NCBI GenBank assembly: GCA_964016885.1
Contig: OZ024740.1
Span: 77,500,001-77,564,000 of the forward strand
Reading direction: 5' to 3'
Length of the DNA stretch: 64,000 bases
From: Eledone cirrhosa
Taxonomy: Eukaryota
Below, piece after piece: positions 24,494 to 39,400 of the stretch. The notes beneath the pieces were generated by a model. That model made no database searches, was not told where the DNA came from, and saw nothing but the letters and a program-made list of their open reading frames with translations. The position numbers were made by a program, and so were the translations under genes. Position 1 is the stretch's first letter. The number at the start of each line of letters is the position of its first letter.

Positions 24494-26545
24494 CTTCACT
24501 CACCCTCTCTCACTCCGTCTTCTGCCATGTGTTCTTAGCAAATCAGAGACAAAGAGCTCAAGCAACTGGAGATAACAAGATAGCCTCAACCCCATTGATT
24601 TCTTAACGGGAGGCTCTCGGTTACCAGGGAAGAAATTTCAAATCCGAACTGATGAATTTTAGCCAAGGGAGTAATTAGGGAGGAATGTTTATCAGGGAAG
24701 AAATCGAAACCGGATAAGAATATCAATATAGCCGACTATATGGGTAAACAGGGATTTAAAATTATCAAAAGTAAATAATAAAGTAATATGTTAATGAATT
24801 GTTTAAAAAATTAAAACTATAAAGGTATAAAGTTGAAAAAATTACTAGATGGCAATTCAAAATAAGGGAGAAATTAAGAAATCCATGGAATCACAAGGTG
24901 GGGTGGGGGTGCGTGAACTGAGGCTCTGAGAACCACTGCTCTACGTGGATCTCCCGATAGGAGAAAATAGCAGTCAACTCTCATTCAAATTACACCATTG
25001 GATAGAATAGTTCAACAAATAGAGAATAAAACTGAGTGGTCGAAATTAGACCACCTTTCATCAGAGATATGCTGAATCAGGACAAAACAACAACTACTAC
25101 TACAAGATATTTTCCATGTTCAGTTATTGCCATTATTGTTTGTCCAAGATAAGCCCTCATCGAACAAACTGATGATCGGACATCGATGTTTCAGCTTTGA
25201 TTTGTTCATGTTTTTGTATATTTAGAATTGTATGACCTGATGTGTCCCCTCAGATGACGGGGCATACAAAAATTTATTTGTAACTCACACTATTAATTAG
25301 ATATGCAATAGATATTTCTGTATAACAACGATGATTGCAACGGCTGCGGTAAAACACCGATGCCAAAAGGTAGTTGTGAGACATACTAGAAATAATAACA
25401 AAGTCTTCCTCAAATCATACCATTTGAAATAGAAAGCCTTGAGCAATGTATGGATAAAAAAAAATGAAGAATAATTAATAATGTGTTTATGAAGTATTAA
25501 TACTAGTTCAAAACTAGTCTACAACGTTGCACCGATTATTATGCCATCATCATTTACATATTTACAGGTAGGATTTGTTGAGAACGCACAGAACTGAATC
25601 ATGCCCCAAAGCATCTCGTTTGGCTTTTGTTTAAGAATCCATCGCCTTTGAATTGGTACTTTATTTATCGACTTCGAAATGAACAGAACATTTGGGATTC
25701 GAAAGGATTTGAACAAATACCCAAGAATTTAATACAAAGGGTAAGGTGATTTTTCTAAATATTTCAAAAGCTAACAACTCCAGTTGAACTATTTAGGTGT
25801 AGTGCCAGAAATGACTACACATGCGGGAGTGGGGGTACTCACAAGCCCCGGCTGTCTGAATGTGTTATGGACTGGATACCATTAAAAAGGAGAAACTATT
25901 GTTCCATGTTGAAAAATAGTTAAAACAAAATTTTCAGTTACCATCAGCTAGAGAAATCCAGATGTGATCGCTTGAACTACTAGAAATAGCAACCAAATTC
26001 TCTTAATTCCCAACCCATAGTCCTTAAAAAGGAAGAACAAATTAGCCAATGTAATGCTAGATATACAAAAAGGTAATATAGTCATGGCAGAAATATCTTT
26101 CTTTGTAGATCTGCTCATTGATCTTAAGGTAAACAACAACTACAACTACAACAACAACAAAAAACATATTTTCTTAGAAAATGCAGAAAAGTCTATGAAA
26201 CATTTGTCATTTATATATAGATAAAATATATGTGAATATATATATATACGCATAGCTTTCCTCACTTCAATATATATATTGTCTTTTACCCATCTTGATG
26301 GGGATAAAATCACATTAGAGCGACTGCTTTATCCCTTTATATAGTTATACTTATATAAAGAGAGAATTGTAAATAAGATAAGGGTAATATTGTATATTAC
26401 CCGATTACCAGTAAGATGATTAGCTCAATGTAAAATATCAGATATAATACTACAGAGCAGAAATACAACATAGATAACAATCAAGTTTTGTTTACGGCAA
26501 ACAAAATTTGATTGTTATATATATATATATATATATATTGCATTA

Positions 26546-26583
26546 CGGGCTGAGGAGCCGCTAAGGTGAAACAATTATTCTCG
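26546..26583 (+). ncRNA. Type I hammerhead motif (degenerate stem III)
   Basis: CGGG-CTGAGGA-GCC(gctaa)GGT-GAAA-CAATTA-TT-CTCG in a ~75-bp cassette between two (TA)n runs. Confidence 0.5.
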
Positions 26584-26645
26584 GTATGGTTAACTAACTG
26601 TTGTGTAACCACTTCTATATATATATATATATATATACTCGTATT

Positions 26646-26760
26646 CGCCGAGGTTGACTTTGCCTTTCATCCTTACGGGGTCGATAAAATAAAGTACCAG
26701 TAATGCACTGGGTAATTGCTGGCCTTGTGCCTAAAGTAGAAACAATTATTATTATTATTA
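26646..26760 (+). mobile_element. 5'-truncated S1 SINE
   Basis: S1 central and tail sequence ending in (ATT)n. Confidence 0.8.
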
Positions 26761-27360
26761 TGCTGACTTGTGGGTTTATGTCGAACACCTGCTGTCACGT
26801 GTAGGACGGATCCAGCTATCAGCTGAGTCCATCGTGAGGATTGCCCCGCCCTCTTCCTTTAGCCGGGAAGGACAGGCAGTTTTTATCTGTCTGGTGGCCA
26901 TGGCGAAATAGATAGTATGGTGGACACGTTTGAAAGGGCTGAAGACGAGCACTTACCTCTTCGGTGATGCCCTGATTAACTTTTTCAAATTTCATTTGAA
27001 AAGGAAAATCAGGGTAGAGAGGGATGTGCTCTCTTCCCAGCATTTTGTTGAAAGATGGGTGAGAGAAGCAAGTATGGCCCGAATGAATGGGCCTTCTCTG
27101 AGTATGTGTCTGTAAATTAAAGGTGGAAAACTGGGAGAGGGCACTTGCCCTGGTGGTCAGGGTCACTGTGGTCTTTTAATGGGCTTTCTCCACAAATGTC
27201 CCTCGGAAGTCTCCCCCTATTGGGGAATTTTTCTTTGTTATTTTATTTCATCCTCTGTTTTTTTACACGCAGAAATGCCCATTTGTACCGTCCTGCATTG
27301 TCCTGCACTGTCCTTAATGTCTACTTTATGTAAACCCTTGTGGTTAATAAAGAAATCATT
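26761..27360 (+). mobile_element. 5'-truncated copy of the Tx1-like LINE inserted in a SINE (ATT)n tail
   Basis: Closely matches 21610-22225; (ATT)n on both sides. Confidence 0.9.
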
Positions 27361-27441
27361 ATTATTATTATTATTATTATTAATAATAATATTTTCAAAA
27401 GTAAAATTGAGATGGAGGGTTTGTGTTTCTTTTGTGGTTTG

Positions 27442-27505
<64 letters not shown>

Positions 27506-27959
27506 CTGTGTGTGTTTGTAACTCTTGAAAAATGACTCAAGCAGACACACACAATGCATTTCATATTCCAATCACGTTACAATTAAGTTCGTTTTCCATA
27601 TCCCTGTTCCTATAAATAGTTATTTTTCTAAAGTTACATATACATTTAATCCTGCGTGACATTTGTATGTATATGCTGAACATTTATGTAATTATATCTA
27701 AGAAATAAATTATTAAAATATTATTTTTATCTTTAATTACTTCAATGTGTCAGTAATCAACATAAACTATAGAATGTTTCTTATACAAACTGTTGATTTA
27801 TCAAAACGCCGATTTCCAAGATTTTATTATTGTTCATATATATGTCGAGGGTATGTGTGTATGTCTGTGTGTATGTATGTATTTATTTATGTATGTATGT
27901 ATATATGAATGTATATATGTATGTATGTATGTATGTATGGATGTATGTATGTAAATACA

Positions 27960-28935
27960 TATATGTCGGGTCACTCTTGAGTGCTACTGGTAACATGTGA
28001 CCCAGTACAACTTGTCGCATGGTTGGGTCGTCGGCGATTAAACCGGCAACCCCATCAAGTTTACTTGGTGAGGAGGGTGATTTTGGACACCCTGCAGAAT
28101 AAAAAACAAAACCTGACAAAGGGCGGAAGAACTCATATGAGTCAACGGCCATCTGAAAGTGTGTAAATATGTATATACACATATACCGCGTGGTTAAACT
28201 ACTGGGAGTGAAGGACGCCTAGCCTTTGTCAGGGCATTCTTCTAGGAGAAGGCAACTTAGGAAACTGGGATAACTCCGATATAAAACCTGCGGCTCAGTA
28301 GTTACCGATGATGTTGATATTTTCTTCTTTTCGGGTTATAGCTACTGTCGTTCAGAGAGTGGGATTGGCTCAGTGCACAGTCTTTCCTCACTTTAAAAAA
28401 ATTCTTCACGCACAGTCATTGCACGATAGAATTAATTAATAATTATTAATAATGTTATATCGTGCAATGGACATACTCGATAACGAGGGGGCAGCCATCA
28501 TGTATGTATGTATGTATGTATTTATGTATATACCATCATGGTTGCAGGTGTTACATGAGAGTTTTCCTTCTCCTAGAATTCTGCCTTGACAAAGGCTAAG
28601 GGGTCATCTCCAATGATGTTGACTTGTTCTTCTTTTTGGTAAATATCATCTTGGTTAAGAGAGTGGGACTGGCTTTGTGCAGTGCCTTTGCTCACTATAA
28701 AAGCTTCACGGCACAGGCATTGCTTTATATCTGGAGATCTCTCTGCACTTGTCGTCAGATGGTACCATGGGCCCAGCAATATGTGTCAGTAATTGTCACA
28801 AGTATAGTGTTTGTACCAGAGTTTTCAAGTCGCTGGCTGGACTAAAAATTCACACTCGTTCAGCACATCGGTAGGGTTTCTCCTACATAGATATAAAGTA
28901 GTGGCCGTACTCGGAAACGAGTTGGCAGCCACCAT
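27960..28935. mobile_element. Unclassified interspersed repeat flanked by (TATG)n
   Basis: 28612-28935 matches 57043-57365; 28063-28150 matches 56864-56952. Confidence 0.7.
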
Positions 28936-29011
28936 TTATGTATGTATGAAGTATGTTTGTATGTATGTATATTGTTGTATATGTACATATGTGTGTGTGC
29001 ATATAGACGCA

Positions 29012-29107
<96 letters not shown>

Positions 29108-29594
29108 TATATGTGTGTGTGTGTGTGCATGAGAGAGAAAGAGAGACAGAATGTGTACATATGCAGACAGTGCATATTATATATTCCTGTTAGTGTATCT
29201 ACATGTCTATGTATATGTCTATGTATGTATATTCACAAATAAAGCAGTCCATCACACAAAAATATTTCAATTGGATAGTTGAGTATAGACACCATAAAGG
29301 AAAAAGAGGTTGTAGGGATGGTTAGATGTGTTTGGTAGGGAGAAATAAACTCGTTGGCTTCTTCGGTCTATCTCATGGCACGGCACAGATTTTTGTGCCA
29401 TTTCAAAAATGATCCACCCACAAGTAATGGCGTGCAATCTGCAATGTCAGATGAAGCTTGTAGCCTGGGCACCCAGCCAGTCGGGAGCAAGATCAGCTGG
29501 CTGACATATCTACCGTATTGACCTCTAGCTGATAAAAATGCTCCATCTTAGCTATGATCATTGCCATACAGGCATATGTCTAGAGAAAACGTGC

Positions 29595-29626
<32 letters not shown>

Positions 29627-29639
29627 ATGTGTGTATATG

Positions 29640-29681
<42 letters not shown>

Positions 29682-29745
29682 AATGTATATATATATTTGT
29701 GTGTGTGTGTGTGTGTGTGTAAGCGTGTATGTGGATATGTATGTA

Positions 29746-29786
<41 letters not shown>

Positions 29787-30309
29787 GTGAGTGTGTATGT
29801 GTACTAACACACACACACATACACATATATATATATTTATATAAATATGAGAGTCCGTGAGCGTGTATGCCTGTTTGTATGTATGTATGTATGTATGCAT
29901 TTATCTATGTATATTATTATGTATGCGTATGCATCTATATGTAAATATCTATCACACACATAAATGTATGTGCATGTCAGTGTCTGTACATAGTACCTGC
30001 CACTCAGTATCAATATAGGTTTCTATATATTTACAAGAGTATGTGTGTGATAGCTATCACACACATACTCATGTAAATATATATAGCATGTGTTTGTATA
30101 TTATTTCTGGAACGCATCTGTTTGCATGTGTGTTATAAAGTGATAGATATGTAAATAGATAAACAGATAGACAGACAGCCATATAGATATATATATATAG
30201 AGAGAGATAGATAGATAGATAGATAGATAGATAGGTAGGTAGTAAGATAGATAGATAGACAGGTAGGTAGATAGATAGATTGATAGATAGACAGATACAG
30301 AGATAAACA

Positions 30310-30373
<64 letters not shown>

Positions 30374-30414
30374 TAATTTAATATATCAACTAACATAAGC
30401 GCACAGATACACGC

Positions 30415-30450
<36 letters not shown>

Positions 30451-30519
30451 TACACACATATATATATGCACACACACATACACACACATATATATATATA
30501 CATGTATATACATATATAC

Positions 30520-30571
<52 letters not shown>

Positions 30572-30716
30572 CGGGGTATCTATAGATATATATCAGTTAT
30601 CTGTTCTAGTCTTAGCAATTTTCCAGCTTCTCTTCTGTTGTCTCTACCATCATATAAATATGTAGTACACATATACACAAAGACGTGAATAGCTACGTTT
30701 ATAATACACACGTGAG

Positions 30717-30814
<98 letters not shown>

Positions 30815-31333
30815 CACACACACACATATATATACGCGTGTATCTGTCTGTCTGTCTGTCTGTGTGGAAATCTATGTATGAATGTGTTTTTGCATACATT
30901 TATGAACGTAAATACGTTGAGTATGAAGGGTGGAGGTGCTGATGTTGATGTTAGGGTCTGTTTCTTCTGTTGTAGATCGGGTTGTAAACAAACTATCAAA
31001 CGGTCGTATGCGAAGGAAGACATTGATAAACAAACCATGTCCGAGAGTAGAGAGATTTAGTGTTGTGTCCGATGGGAATGCAGTAAAGAGCACAGCTGGA
31101 CTAATTCGACCAACGACTGTGGCACGAAGTCTCGCTTACACGTCATTTCCGCCACGTGTCGGCCATATTGGCTTTCCATAAACAAATCTCTCTCTTCTTC
31201 TCTCCCTTTCTCATATTTGCATAGTGTTGTTTGTTTGTGTTTCCAGCAAACCAACTGATGCTTAAAACTGATTATTATCATCGCTTCTTCACCTTTCATT
31301 CACTTCTATTTACATACATGAGCAAATACATAT

Positions 31334-31406
<73 letters not shown>

Positions 31407-31521
31407 ATACATATGTATGTGTGTGTGTATACATAGGTATACATACAACCATAAAAATTACAACCTTGTATATATATATATAATATATATATATATAATA
31501 TATATATATACATACATACAT

Positions 31522-31554
<33 letters not shown>

Positions 31555-31774
31555 TGTACAGGAGTGTATATCTACAAGTATACGCATGAAACTAAAAATT
31601 GTTTGTGTGCGTACCTGAGTCAGTATTTATATTTATGATGAGGTGAGGTTTATATAAATCTATTATTTATAAACATGCATGCACTGCTTGGTGTACTGGT
31701 GTATATAGATACACATATATCCCAAACACACGCATCCACACACACATATATACATAAGTATATATGTATTTGTG

Positions 31775-31836
<62 letters not shown>

Positions 31837-31852
31837 GTGTGTGCGAGCGTGC

Positions 31853-31996
<144 letters not shown>

Positions 31997-32571
31997 TAAA
32001 TTTGTTCCTCCTCTATATTTTCAATATAGGCTGTCTCTGCACTTATATGAGATTTATTTTCATTGTCTTATTGTGAGACATTCCGAGAAGTTATTCATAA
32101 ATAGGATATACAAGTCTTTGCTCGCAAGCAGATTCTTTGAGAAAGCTCACTAGTTTAGAGCTGATGGTTACCTATACACACACAAACACACACACACAAA
32201 CACACACACAAACACACAAACACACAAACACACACATGCACACACACACAAACACACTCACACACAAATACACACACATGCATACACACACACAAACACA
32301 CACACCCACAAACACACTCACACACAAACACACACACGCACACAAACACGCACACACACACAAACACACACACTTGATAAATATATATAATCTTTATTAA
32401 GAATGGAGGGGAAGTGGATTGTATCAACGCAGTAACTGTTCATTATTTCATCGACCCCTGAAAGATGAAAGACAAAATTGTCCTCAACAGAATTCGATCT
32501 TAGAAGATAAAGAGAGAGAACAAATGCTACCAAGCATTCTATACGACACCCTAACGGCACTACCGTCACTC

Positions 32572-33172
32572 CGGTGGTGGATTGGCAGAATAGTTAGAGC
32601 GTCGGGGCAGGCTCTTTACGTTCTGATTTCACATACCGCCAACGTCTTTCATCCTTCCGGGAATGATAAAATAAAGTACCAGATAAGTACTAGGGTCGAT
32701 TTATATCTCACTCCACTCTTATAAATACTGGCCTTATGTCTAAGTTAGAACCAAATGACTATAGTCTTTCATCTGTTGCCAAACGAAATAATGGGAGCTA
32801 CAAATTAAAAGTAGAAGTGAAGAACCAAACTCAATATCATTAACAAATGTAATGATAGAAACAGAGAGTGTGTGAGAGAGAGAGGGGGGGCGTTTATGTC
32901 TGTTTGTGTGTCTGTGTGTGTGTTTGATGGACCTCCGTCTCTTATGACAAGTGTTCCAGTTGATCAAAGTAACAATATGCCCATGATTGCGATTGACTGA
33001 GAATTCCACAAATACGTGTACCCGTAACGTAGGTCTCAAGAAGACTCAGCATGACAAGTATAGCCCAGTGATTTATAGGTACAACTTATTTTTGACACCT
33101 CAGTGCGCTAGAACAGTATGAAATAAAGAATTGAACTCACGATTATACGATCATGAGGCGAACACCCTAACC
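32572..33172. mobile_element. Diverged S1 (+, 32572-32752) and S2 (-, ~32935-33172) SINE remnants
   Basis: GGTGGATTGGCAGAATAGTTAGAG..TTTCATCCTTCCGGG..GATAAAATAAAGTACC; S2-like GTGTTCCAGTTGATC. Confidence 0.6.
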
Positions 33173-33470
33173 GTCAAACACTCTGATCCTGTAACTTCAC
33201 ATAATGGTAGTATAGAAATATTAAACGGTAAACAAAGCTCCATGTCCACGAGTCGTGATTGCCCTCATACGTTAAGGCCTTAAAATAAACTTAATAATGG
33301 AAGAGGGCGGTTGATTCATCAGAATGGAGAAAAATATTACTGAAGACATTTTTTTTAATAGATGACGGATTATTCAAGTCGTTATCTCTTAGAAAAGATG
33401 ACGAAACGTCATCAACATATTTCAATTGTTATTTTAAAATATACGGGATCGATTTTTTTTTTCAAGCCAA

Positions 33471-36400
33471 TTACTTGCTACTTCTGCTGTGGGAGGAGTA
33501 TACTATTGTTACTTCCTACTTCTGCTGTGGGAGGAGTATACTATTGTTACTTCCTACTCCTGCTGGGGGAGGAGTATACTATTGTTACTTCCTACTCCTG
33601 CTGGGGGAGGAGTATACTATTGTTACTTCCTACTCCTGCTGGGGGAGGAGTATACTATTGTTACTTCCTACTCCTGCTGGGGGAGGAGTACACTATTGTT
33701 ACTTCCTACTTCTGCTGGGGGAGGAGTATACTATTGTTACTTCCTACTTCTGCTGTGGGAGGAGTATACTATTGTTACTTCCTACTGTTGCTGTGGGAGG
33801 AGTATACTATTGTTACTTCCTACTTCTGCTGTGGGAGGAGTACACTATTGTTACTTCCTACTTCTGCTGGGGGAGGAGTACACTATTGTTACTTCCTACT
33901 CCTGCTGTGGGAGGAGTATACTATTGTTACTTCCTACTTCTGCTGGGGCAGGAGTATACTATTGTTACTTCCTACTTCTGCTGGGGGAGGAGTATACTAT
34001 TGTTACTTCCTACTTCTGCTGTGGGAGGAGTATACTATTGTTACTTCCTACTGTTGCTGTGGGAGGAGTATACTATTGTTACTTCCTACTTCTGCTGAGG
34101 GAGGAGTATACTATTGTTACTTCCTACTTCTGCTGAGGGAGGAGTACACTATTGTTACTTCCTACTTCTGCTGGGGCAGGAGTATACTATTGTTACTTCC
34201 TACTTCTGCTGAGGGAGGAGTACACTATTGTTACTTCCTACTCCTGCTGAGGGAGGAGTACACTATTGTTACTTCCTACTTCTGCTGCGGGAGGAGTACA
34301 CTATTGTTACTTCCTACTCCTGCTGAGGGAGGAGTATACTATTGTTACTTCCTACTTCTGCTGAGGGAGGAGTATACTATTGTTACTTCCTACTTCTGCT
34401 GAGGGAGGAGTACACGATTGTTACTTCCTACTCCTGCTGAGGGAGGAGTACACTATTGTTACTTCCTACTCCTGCTGAGGGAGGAGTATACTATTGTTAC
34501 TTCCTACTCCTGCTGTGGGAGGAGTATACTATTGTTACTTCCTACTTCTGCTGGAGGAGGAGTATACTATTGTTACTTCCTACTTCTGCTGAGGGAGGAG
34601 TATACTATTGTTACTTCCTACTTCTGCTGGGGGAGGAATACACTATTGTTACTTCCTACTCCTGCTGAGGGAGGAGTACACTATTGTTACTTCCTACTCC
34701 TGCTGAGGGAGGAGTACACTATTGTTACTTCCTACTTCTGCTGGAGGAGGAGTATACTATTGTTACTTCCTACTTCTGCTGAGGGAGGAGTATACTATTG
34801 TTACTTCCTATTTCTGCTGAGGGAGGAGTATACTATTGTTACTTCCTACTTCTGCTGGGGGAGGAGTACACTATTGTTACTTCCTACTCCTGCTGAGGGA
34901 GGAGTATACTATTGTTACTTCCTACTTCTGCTGGAGGAGGAGTATACTATTGTTACTTCCTACTTCTGCTGAGGGAGGAGTATACTATTGTTACTTCCTA
35001 CTTCTGCTGGGGGAGGAGTACACTATTGTTACTTCCTACTTCTGCTGGGGGAGGAGTACACTATTGTTACTTCCTACTTCTGCTGGGGGAGGAGTACACT
35101 ATTGTTACTTCCTACTCCTGCTGAGGGAGGAGTACACTATTGTTACTTCCTACTCCTGCTGTGGGAGGAGTACACTATTGTTACTTCCTACTCCTGCTGT
35201 GGGAGGAGTATACTATTGTTACTTCCTACTACTGCTGGGGGAGGAGTATACTATTGTTACTTCCTACTACTGCTGGGGGAGGAGTATACTATTGTTACTT
35301 CCTACTCCTGCTGTGGGAGGAGTATACTATTGTTACTTCCTACTTCTGCTGGGGGAGGAGTATACTATTGTTACTTCCTACTCCTGCTGTGGGAGGAGTA
35401 TACTATTGTTACTTCCTACTTCTGCTGGGGGAGGAGTACACTATTGTTACTTCCTACTTCTGCTGGGGGAGGAGTACACTATTGTTACTTCCTACTTCTG
35501 CTGGGGGAGGAGTACACTATTGTTACTTCCTACTTCTGCTGGGGGAGGAGTACACTATTGTTACTTCCTACTTCTGCTGGGGGAGGAGTATACTATTGTT
35601 ACTTCCTACTCCTGCTGTGGGAGGTGTATACTATTGTTACTTCCTACTTCTGCTGTGGGAGGAGTATACTATTGTTACTTCCTACTTCTGCTGTGGGAGG
35701 AGTATACTATTGTTACTTCCTACTCCTGCTGGGGGAGGAGTACACTATTGTTACTTCCTAGTTCTGCTGAGGGAGGAGTACACTATTGTTACTTCCTACT
35801 TCTGCTGGGGGAGGAGTATACTATTGTTACTTCCTACTTCTGCTGTGGGAGGAGTATACTATTGTTACTTCCTACTCCTGCTGAGGGAGGAGTACACTAT
35901 TGTTACTTCCTAGTTCTGCTGAGGGAGGAGTACACTATTGTTACTTCCTACTTCTGCTGGGGGAGGAGTATACTATTGTTACTTCCTACTTCTGCTGGGG
36001 GAGGAGTATACTATTGTTACTTCCTACTTCTGCTGAGGGAGGAGTATACTATTGTTACTTCCTACTACTGCTGGGGGAGGAGTATACTATTGTTACTTCC
36101 TACTCCTGCTGTGGGAGGAGTACACTATTGTTACTTCCTACTCCTGCTGTGGGAGGAGTATACTATTGTTACTTCCTACTTCTGCTGAGGGAGGAGTATA
36201 CTATTGTTACTTCCTACTCCTGCTGTGGGAGGAGTATACTATTGTTACTTCCTACTCCTGCTGTGGGAGGAGTATACTACTGTTACTTCCTACTTCTGCT
36301 GTGGGAGGAGTATACTATTGTTACTTCCTACTTCTGCTGGGGGAGGAGTACACTATTGTTACTTCCTACTACTGCTGGGGGAGGAGTATACTATTGTTAC

Positions 36401-39400
36401 TTCCTACTCCTGCTGAGGGAGGAGTATACTATTGTTACTTCCTACTTCTGCTGGGGGAGGAGTATACTATTGTTACTTCCTACTTCTGCTGGGGGAGGAG
36501 TATACTATTGTTACTTCCTACTTCTGCTGTGGGAGGAGTATACTATTGTTACTTCCTACTCCTGCTGTGGGAGGAGTATACTATTGTTACTTCCTACTCC
36601 TGCTGTGGGAGGAGTATACTATTGTTACTTCCTACTTCTGCTGAGGGAGGAGTATACTATTGTTACTTCCTACTTCTGCTGGGGGAGGAGTATACTATTG
36701 TTACTTCCTACTTCTGCTGTGGGAGGAGTATACTATTGTTACTTCCTACTCCTGCTGTGGGAGGAGTATACTATTGTTACTTCCTACTCCTGCTGTGGGA
36801 GGAGTATACTATTGTTACTTCCTACTTCTGCTGAGGGAGGAGTACACTATTGTTACTTCCTACTTCTGCTGTGGGAGGAGTATACTATTGTTACTTCCTA
36901 CTCCTGCTGAGGGAGGAGTATACTATTGTTACTTCCTACTCCTGCTGTGGGAGGAGTACACTATTGTTACTTCCTACTTCTGCTGAGGGAGGAGTATACT
37001 ATTGTTACTTCCTACTTCTGCTGGGGGAGGAGTACACTATTGTTACTTCCTACTCCTGCTGAGGGAGGAGTATACTATTGTTACTTCCTACTCCTGCTGT
37101 GGGAGGAGTATACTACTGTTACTTCCTACTTCTGCTGTGGGAGGAGTATACTATTGTTACTTCCTACTTCTGCTGGGGGAGGAGTACACTATTGTTACTT
37201 CCTAGTTCTGCTGAGGGAGGAGTACACTATTGTTACTTCCTACTTCTGCTGGGGGAGGAGTATACTATTGTTACTTCCTACTTCTGCTGAGGGAGGAGTA
37301 TACTATTGTTACTTCCTACTCCTGCTGTGGGAGGAGTATACTATTGTTACTTCCTACTCCTGCTGTGGGAGGAGTATACTACTGTTACTTCCTACTTCTG
37401 CTGTGGGAGGAGTATACTATTGTTACTTCCTACTTCTGCTGGGGGAGGAGTACACTATTGTTACTTCCTACTACTGCTGGGGGAGGAGTATACTATTGTT
37501 ACTTCCTACTCCTGCTGAGGGAGGAGTATACTATTGTTACTTCCTACTTCTGCTGGGGGAGGAGTATACTATTGTTACTTCCTACTTCTGCTGGGGGAGG
37601 AGTATACTATTGTTACTTCCTACTTCTGCTGTGGGAGGAGTATACTATTGTTACTTCCTACTCCTGCTGTGGGAGGAGTATACTATTGTTACTTCCTACT
37701 CCTGCTGTGGGAGGAGTATACTATTGTTACTTCCTACTTCTGCTGAGGGAGGAGTATACTATTGTTACTTCCTACTTCTGCTGGGGGAGGAGTATACTAT
37801 TGTTACTTCCTACTTCTGCTGTGGGAGGAGTATACTATTGTTACTTCCTACTCCTGCTGTGGGAGGAGTATACTATTGTTACTTCCTACTCCTGCTGTGG
37901 GAGGAGTATACTATTGTTACTTCCTACTTCTGCTGAGGGAGGAGTACACTATTGTTACTTCCTACTTCTGCTGTGGGAGGAGTATACTATTGTTACTTCC
38001 TACTCCTGCTGAGGGAGGAGTATACTATTGTTACTTCCTACTCCTGCTGTGGGAGGAGTACACTATTGTTACTTCCTACTTCTGCTGAGGGAGGAGTATA
38101 CTATTGTTACTTCCTACTTCTGCTGGGGGAGGAGTACACTATTGTTACTTCCTACTCCTGCTGAGGGAGGAGTATACTATTGTTACTTCCTACTCCTGCT
38201 GTGGGAGGAGTATACTATTGTTACTTCCTACTCCTGCTGTGGGAGGAGTACACTATTGTTACTTCCTACTCCTGCTGGGGGAGGAGTATACTATTGTTAC
38301 TTCCTACTTCTGCTGGGGGAGGAGTATACTATTGTTACTTCCTACTACTGCTGGGGGAGGAGTATACTATTGTTACTTCCTACTTCTGCTGGGGGAGGAG
38401 TACACTATTGTTACTTCCTACTCCTGCTGAGGGAGGAGTATACTATTGTTACTTCCTATTCCTGCTGTGGGAGGAGTATACTATTGTTACTTCCTACTTC
38501 TGCTGTGGGAGGAGTATACTATTGTTACTTCCTACTCCTGCTGGGGGAGGAGTATACTATTGTTACTTCCTACTGTTGCTGAGGGAGGAGTATACTATTG
38601 TTACTTCCTACTTCTGCTGGGGGAGGAGTATACTATTGTTACTTCCTACTCCTGCTGGGGGAGGAGTATACTATTGTTACTTCCTACTCCTGCTGTGGGA
38701 GGAGTACACTATTGTTACTTCCTACTCCTGCTGGGGGAGGAGTATACTATTGTTACTTCCTACTTCTGCTGGGGGAGGAGTATACTATTGTTACTTCCTA
38801 CTACTGCTGGGGGAGGAGTATACTATTGTTACTTCCTACTTCTGCTGTGGGAGGAGTACACGATTGTTACTTCCTACTCCTGCTGAGGGAGGAGTATACT
38901 ATTGTTACTTCCTACTTCTGCTGGGGGAGGAGTATACTATTGTTACTTCCTACTCCTGCTGTGGGAGGAGTACACTATTGTTACTTCCTACTTCTGCTGG
39001 GGGAGGAGTATACTATTGTTACTTCCTACTTCTGCTGGGGGAGGAGTACACGATTGTTACTTCCTACTCCTGCTGGGGGAGGAGTATACTATTGTTACTT
39101 CCTACTTCTGCTGGGGGAGGAGTACACTATTGTTACTTCCTACTTCTGCTGGGGGAGGAGTATACTATTGTTACTTCCTACTTCTGCTGGGGGAGGAGTA
39201 CACGATTGTTACTTCCTACTCCTGCTGGGGGAGGAGTATACTATTGTTACTTCCTACTTCTGCTGGGGGAGGAGTACACTATTGTTACTTCCTACTCCTG
39301 CTGGGGGAGGAGTACACTATTGTTACTTCCTACTTCTGCTGTGGGAGGAGTATACTATTGTTACTTCCTACTTCTGCTGGGGGAGGAGTATACTATTGTT

